Shown in pieces: positions 12,270 through 16,418 of a stretch of DNA of 16,418 nt. The first letter of the stretch is position 1; every line of letters starts with the position of its first letter. The position numbers and the translations under genes were made by a program. The notes under the pieces are model-generated. The model saw nothing but the letters and a program-made list of their open reading frames with translations, was not told the DNA's origin and made no database searches. The stretch is from positions 1 through 16,418 of the forward strand of contig JAZRWA010000002.1 of the NCBI GenBank assembly GCA_045599485.1, read 5' to 3'. Origin of the DNA: Clostridia bacterium. GTDB lineage: Bacteria; Bacillota; Clostridia; Christensenellales; Aristaeellaceae.

Positions 12270-14786
12270 ATGAATCTTTCTTTTTCGACCCGCGGCTGGC
12301 AGGAATGCAGCTGGCAGGAGAACACCGAGACTGCGGTGACCATGCGCTTTCAGGGCATTGAACTTTATAATGTGACGGAGGATGAGCAGCTGACGGGCCG
12401 CGGCGGTCCTTTGCATAAATACAACACAGCAGCGACCGTGCGTGAGCTGAAGGAAAAGAAACTGACGGTGCCCTGCATCGACTCTTCCTGCGACATCTCG
12501 GTGCCGGGCAGTGTCGAGACCGTGAAAGCCATGCTGGAGCATGCCCGCAACATTCAGTGCCCCTGCGTGGCAGTAACGGCTCTGAAGGATAACGAAGAGA
12601 CGGTGCGTGCTGCATTGACCGAGCTGGTGCCGCTGGCGGCGGTGCAGCAGGTGACGATCCTGATCAAGACCACCGGCATTTATGCCGATACCGCCCGCCT
12701 GCGCGCGCTGCTGGACGATTTTGCCTGCGATGAGATCGCGGCGCTGTGGAGCATGCACCATCCCTATCGCCTGGCGCATGAATCCGCTGACACGACCATC
12801 AAGAATCTGGGCGGCTATGTCCGCCATGTGCATCTGCGTGACTCTGACGACGAGGGCGAAAACCAGCTCATCGGTGAAGGCACCCTGCCTGTCAAGGACA
12901 TGATGCGCGCCCTCAGCTCCATTGACTACGACGGCTTCATCAGCCTGGAATGGAAGCCCATGTGGATGGAGGAGCTGCCGGACCGCGAGGTCATTTTCCC
13001 GTACTTTGTCAACTACATGAACCGCTTTGAGCAGACCCGCGGCAAGAAAAAGGAGCTTTACGATAACGCTGCCCACACCGGCAAGTTCATCTGGAAGAAG
13101 GATCAGCTGATCAACCTGACCTTCCCGCAGGTGCTCGACCGTGTGGTGGAGGAGTTCCCCGACCAGTACTGCTTCAAATATACCACGCTGGATTATACCC
13201 GCACCTACGAGGAATTCCGCGAGGATGTGGACAACTTTGCGGCGGCGCTGATCTCGCTGGGCGTGAAGCGCGGCAGCAAGGTGGCCATCTGGGCGACCAA
13301 CGTGCCTGCCTGGTACATCACCTTCTGGGCTGCGACCAAGATCGGCGCTGTGCTGGTGACGGTCAATACCGCGTACAAGATCCATGAGGCGGAGTATCTG
13401 CTGCGCCAGAGCGATACCCATACGCTGGTCATGATCGAATCCTGTCTGGATTCCAATTATAAAGAGATCATCCGCGAACTGTGCCCGGAGATCGATTCCG
13501 CCCGTCCCGGCCAGCCGCTGCACTGCAAGAAGCTGCCTTTCCTGCGCAACGTGATCACTTCGGGCTTCCGCATGAAGGGCTGCCTGACGCTGGAGGAGGC
13601 GATGGAGCGTTCTTCTCTGGTGCCCCGTGAGGAAGTGCTGCGCATGGCGGCGCAGGTGCGCCCCGATGATGTGTGCAACATGCAGTACACCAGCGGTACC
13701 ACCGGCTTCCCCAAGGGCGTCATGTTGACCCATTACAACGTGGTCAATGACGGCAAACAGATCGGCGACCGCATGGACCTGTCCACGGCGGACCGTATGA
13801 TGATCCAGGTGCCCATGTTCCACTGCTTTGGCATGGTGCTTTCGATGACCAGCAGCATGACGCATGGCACCACCATGTGTCCGATGCCGTATTTCTCGGC
13901 GAAGGTGAGCCTGGCTTGCATCAATCAGGAGCGCATCACCTGCTTCAATGGCGTACCGACGATGTTTATTGCCATGTTCAACCATGCCGATTACCGCAAG
14001 ACGGACTTTTCCTACATGCGTACGGGCATCATGGCCGGCAGCGGCTGCCCGCCCGAACTGATGCGGCGCGCCGCGCAGCCCGATGAGATGCACATGCTGG
14101 ACATCGTCAGCGTGTACGGTCAGACCGAATCCGCCCCCGGCAGCACCATGAGTGCCTGCGGCGACCCGCTGGACCTGCGCGTCAACACAGTCGGCTATGC
14201 CTTCCCGCATGTTGAATGCAAGGTCATCGACCCCGAAACGGGCGAGGAAGTGCCCGTGGGCGTGAACGGCGAGTTCTGCTCCCGCGGCTACAACATCATG
14301 AAGGGCTATTACAAGATGCCCGAGGCGACCGCCGCCGCCATTGACAAGGATGGCTGGCTGCACAGCGGTGACCTGGCCTGCCGTGATGAACAGAACTGCT
14401 TCCGCATCACGGGACGCCTGAAGGATATGATCATCCGCGGCGGTGAAAACATTTATCCCAAGGAAATTGAGGAATTCATCTACACTCATCCCGCAGTCAA
14501 GGATGTGCAGGTCATCGGTGTGCCGGATAAGAAGTACGGTGAGGAGATCATGGCGTGCGTCATCCTCAAGGAGCCCGGCTCTGTGACGGTGGAGGAGATG
14601 CTGACCTACATCAAGGCTTCTCTGGCCCGCCACAAGGTGCCGCGCTACATCGAGTTTGTGGACGCCTTCCCGATGAACGCCGCCGGCAAGATCCTGAAAT
14701 ATAAGATGCGCGAGGAAGCCACCGAGCGTCTGGGCCTCAAGGGCGCGGCAGGCATCGATACCGCGTCTCCCGGCAAAAAGGAATAA
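12270..14786 (+). CDS. Fusion protein: N-terminal xylose-isomerase-like TIM barrel (sugar phosphate isomerase/epimerase family, about aa 1-250) plus C-terminal AMP-forming acyl-CoA synthetase (YngI/ACSF2-like, about aa 280-838)
   Basis: RBS GGAAAGGAG lies 7 nt before the ATG. The N-terminal part has HVHLRD, EGTLPV and YDGFISLEW, typical of AP_endonuc_2/PF01261. The C-terminal part has all adenylate-forming motifs: YTSGTTGFPKG (13686-13718), YGQTES, GEFCSRG, GWLHSGD, GRLKDMIIRGGENIYPKEIE and PMNAAGKILK. The frame is uninterrupted, and no internal start is associated with the junction. Confidence 0.88.
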   Translation: MNLSFSTRGWQECSWQENTETAVTMRFQGIELYNVTEDEQLTGRGGPLHKYNTAATVRELKEKKLTVPCIDSSCDISVPGSVETVKAMLEHARNIQCPCVAVTALKDNEETVRAALTELVPLAAVQQVTILIKTTGIYADTARLRALLDDFACDEIAALWSMHHPYRLAHESADTTIKNLGGYVRHVHLRDSDDEGENQLIGEGTLPVKDMMRALSSIDYDGFISLEWKPMWMEELPDREVIFPYFVNYMNRFEQTRGKKKELYDNAAHTGKFIWKKDQLINLTFPQVLDRVVEEFPDQYCFKYTTLDYTRTYEEFREDVDNFAAALISLGVKRGSKVAIWATNVPAWYITFWAATKIGAVLVTVNTAYKIHEAEYLLRQSDTHTLVMIESCLDSNYKEIIRELCPEIDSARPGQPLHCKKLPFLRNVITSGFRMKGCLTLEEAMERSSLVPREEVLRMAAQVRPDDVCNMQYTSGTTGFPKGVMLTHYNVVNDGKQIGDRMDLSTADRMMIQVPMFHCFGMVLSMTSSMTHGTTMCPMPYFSAKVSLACINQERITCFNGVPTMFIAMFNHADYRKTDFSYMRTGIMAGSGCPPELMRRAAQPDEMHMLDIVSVYGQTESAPGSTMSACGDPLDLRVNTVGYAFPHVECKVIDPETGEEVPVGVNGEFCSRGYNIMKGYYKMPEATAAAIDKDGWLHSGDLACRDEQNCFRITGRLKDMIIRGGENIYPKEIEEFIYTHPAVKDVQVIGVPDKKYGEEIMACVILKEPGSVTVEEMLTYIKASLARHKVPRYIEFVDAFPMNAAGKILKYKMREEATERLGLKGAAGIDTASPGKKE

Positions 14787-14799
14787 ACAGGAATCAAGA

Positions 14800-14833
14800 A
14801 ACGCTCCGTACAGAGGAATCTGTACGGAGCGTT
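14800..14833. terminator. Bidirectional terminator between convergent genes
   Basis: A perfect 14-bp stem, AACGCTCCGTACAG (14800-14813) with CTGTACGGAGCGTT (14820-14833), closes a 6-nt loop. It is followed by CTTTG on the plus strand and TTCTTGATT on the minus strand. Both U-tracts are weak. Confidence 0.75.
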
Positions 14834-14852
14834 CTTTGCGCGAAAAGGGATG

Positions 14853-16418
14853 TTAATTGTCAGTCAGAGTGATGTATTTGGGCAGGACATAGCCGCGGCG
14901 GCCGCGGGCTTCGATCAGATACCAGCCGTTCTGCTCGCCGAAGATGAGGACCTCGGTACCGGTATCCCATTCGCCCACTTTGGAGCTGGATTTGTCGGGG
15001 GCACAGCGGACGGAGATGGCGGTACTGCCGTTGGTTTTGCCGTTATAGCTGAGCTTGGCGGTGTGCTCGGGCGCGGTGCCGGGGGTGACGAAGCGAAGGC
15101 TGGAGGTGAGCACATACCCCGTATCGCCGTCGTATACGACCTTGCAGAATTTGCTGCCGTATTCCAGTACTTGTACCAGATAGCCGGCCTTGCAATGACG
15201 GGTCAGATAGGCGGAGGTGGAGGCGGAGCGGCGCAGGGCCGCGGAGCCCTCCTTGGGGGTGTAGATGACGCCGATCTGTTTGCTCTTTGGAACAGTGCTG
15301 CCGGCAAAAAATTCTTCGGTGGCGATCTCCAGAGAACGGCCGTTCAGGGTGACTTTGGAAGTGAGGGTACCCAGCTGCCTGAGGGTATATTGGGCGGGTT
15401 TGCTGCTGTAAGCTGTGTTGCCGGAGGAGACGGTCTTGGAAGAGGAGGAGGTGCTGTGAGCGGCGGTGTTATCGCTGCTGCCGTTCAGGGGGAGAACAGG
15501 GGCGTTTTGTTCGGAGAAAGCGGAAGCACTTGAAACGTTCTGTTCGGAAACATTCGGAGAGGGGACGGTTTCTTCAAGCGCTTCGGTACCCGAATACCCA
15601 TCGTAGAAGGTCAGCTTTCCCGTCTGAGCGTAACCGACCTTGCCGTTGTAGCTGACTTTGCACCAGCTTTCACCGCGGGAGACGATGTAGAAGTTTTCGG
15701 AGTCATAGATCCTTTTGACGGCGATCACCGCGGAAGAGGTGCTGGGCTGCTTGTAGATATTCATGGTGTCGGTGCGGTCCGTCGGTTCGAAATCACCTGA
15801 GACCGAGGTCCAGGGAGCGCCATCGTAAACGATGACGTAGTTGTCCATGGTCTCATTCGTCCCTTCGGCTTGCATCAGGATGGAAGCCCGGCCGGGGCTG
15901 CGCAGGGTGACCATGCCGTTGGAATCGACGGTGGCGACGTTTGGATTGTTGGAGGAATACAGGACTTTTTGTTCGACTCCATCGATGGTGCAGGTGTGTT
16001 TGAAGCTGATCTTCTGACCGACGGCAAGGACATTGCCGTGTTGGGTGATCCAGCTGAGCATCTGTGCGCTGTTGGCGGATTTATCCCACTTCCAGTTGAC
16101 GGCGGGGTCTTTTTTTGTGACGGTGACATGAATGGTGGTTTTGTAGGTGGTATCGGCGTCGGTATCGTATTCGACCATGTAGACCGTATAATTGCCGGTG
16201 TGATCGAAGCTCAGGGTGCCGCTGAAGGTGGACCAGATGCCTTTGCCCATGTCCTTGGTGATGGAAACGATTTCGGTGTTGGGCTGGCGTTCGGCGGTGC
16301 AGCCTCTGTCCACACGGCAGGTCAGATACTGGTCGGGACGCTGAATGACGGTATCGGCCAACACACAGGAGGTCATGCTCAACAGGAGGCACAGGACAAT
16401 GCAGACGGATCTTTTCAT
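14853..16418 (-). CDS. Secreted multidomain protein: signal peptide, Big_2-type Ig-like domain, Ser-rich linker and three SH3b-like domains
   Basis: The ATG sits exactly at the window edge (MKRSVCIVLCLLLSMTSCVLA). YSSNNPNVATVDSNGMVTLRSPGRASI is a Big_2 signature. Three W/Y-x-K/E-V...GYV/GYA SH3_3-like repeats are present (SWCKVSYNGKVGYA, KFCKVVYDGDTGYV, GWYLIEARGRRGYV). The upstream region is not in the window. Confidence 0.8.
   Translation of the reverse strand: MKRSVCIVLCLLLSMTSCVLADTVIQRPDQYLTCRVDRGCTAERQPNTEIVSITKDMGKGIWSTFSGTLSFDHTGNYTVYMVEYDTDADTTYKTTIHVTVTKKDPAVNWKWDKSANSAQMLSWITQHGNVLAVGQKISFKHTCTIDGVEQKVLYSSNNPNVATVDSNGMVTLRSPGRASILMQAEGTNETMDNYVIVYDGAPWTSVSGDFEPTDRTDTMNIYKQPSTSSAVIAVKRIYDSENFYIVSRGESWCKVSYNGKVGYAQTGKLTFYDGYSGTEALEETVPSPNVSEQNVSSASAFSEQNAPVLPLNGSSDNTAAHSTSSSSKTVSSGNTAYSSKPAQYTLRQLGTLTSKVTLNGRSLEIATEEFFAGSTVPKSKQIGVIYTPKEGSAALRRSASTSAYLTRHCKAGYLVQVLEYGSKFCKVVYDGDTGYVLTSSLRFVTPGTAPEHTAKLSYNGKTNGSTAISVRCAPDKSSSKVGEWDTGTEVLIFGEQNGWYLIEARGRRGYVLPKYITLTDN

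Noticed and set aside
10784-12343. 519-aa minus-strand ORF antisense to the LeuA-like gene and running across the T-box terminator
   Set aside because: The argument is the same shadow-ORF one. It would also have to be translated through the T-box terminator hairpin, and it overlaps the start of the 810-aa shadow ORF.
12201-14633. 810-aa minus-strand ORF antisense to the fusion gene
   Set aside because: It lies entirely opposite a plus-strand ORF with unmistakable adenylate-forming enzyme motifs and an RBS. Its translation is low-complexity (H/R/G/A/L-rich) with no recognisable motif and no RBS. Its third positions are not GC-enriched, while those of the plus-strand frame are. Long stop-free antisense frames are expected in GC-rich coding DNA.
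14850-15533. 227-aa plus-strand ORF at the 3' end of the SH3 protein gene
   Set aside because: It is antisense to clear SH3b repeats. The translation is Gly/Ala-rich low complexity, and the ORF starts inside the terminator region without an RBS.
1-16418. Scan for CRISPR arrays, tRNA/rRNA genes, long direct or tandem repeats, and defence-system or toxin-antitoxin-like gene pairs
   Set aside because: I saw no spaced direct repeats, no cloverleaf-like or rRNA-like segments, and no small paired ORFs outside the annotated genes. By-eye scanning cannot exclude short or degenerate repeats.

Overview
This looks like a chromosomal segment of a moderately GC-rich Firmicute, probably a Clostridia or Oscillospiraceae-type gut anaerobe; the taxon is a guess from composition and gene content. 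The segment is compact and mostly housekeeping. From left to right it holds: the right end of an IS3-family element; a small orphan gene; metK behind a textbook SAM-I (S-box) riboswitch; a DUF1294 membrane protein; a NusG-domain-II / Gx-transporter gene pair; an aldo/keto reductase with a C-terminal 2x[4Fe-4S] module; the infC-rpmI-rplT operon, with a leader attenuator and an apparent non-AUG infC start; a three-gene AfuABC/FbpABC-type ABC importer; and a secreted Big_2/SH3b protein. The unusual part is 10486-14838. There, a clear T-box leader drives a two-gene operon. Gene 1 is a LeuA/HMGL-family protein that keeps the LeuA C-terminal regulatory domain, but all three catalytic metal ligands are substituted. 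Gene 2 is a single 838-aa fusion of a xylose-isomerase-like TIM barrel with a complete acyl-CoA synthetase whose motifs are intact. I know of no characterised pathway with this architecture, so I flag it as the candidate novel system. No rRNA, tRNA or CRISPR array was seen. Several very long ORFs antisense to real genes are rejected as GC-driven shadows.
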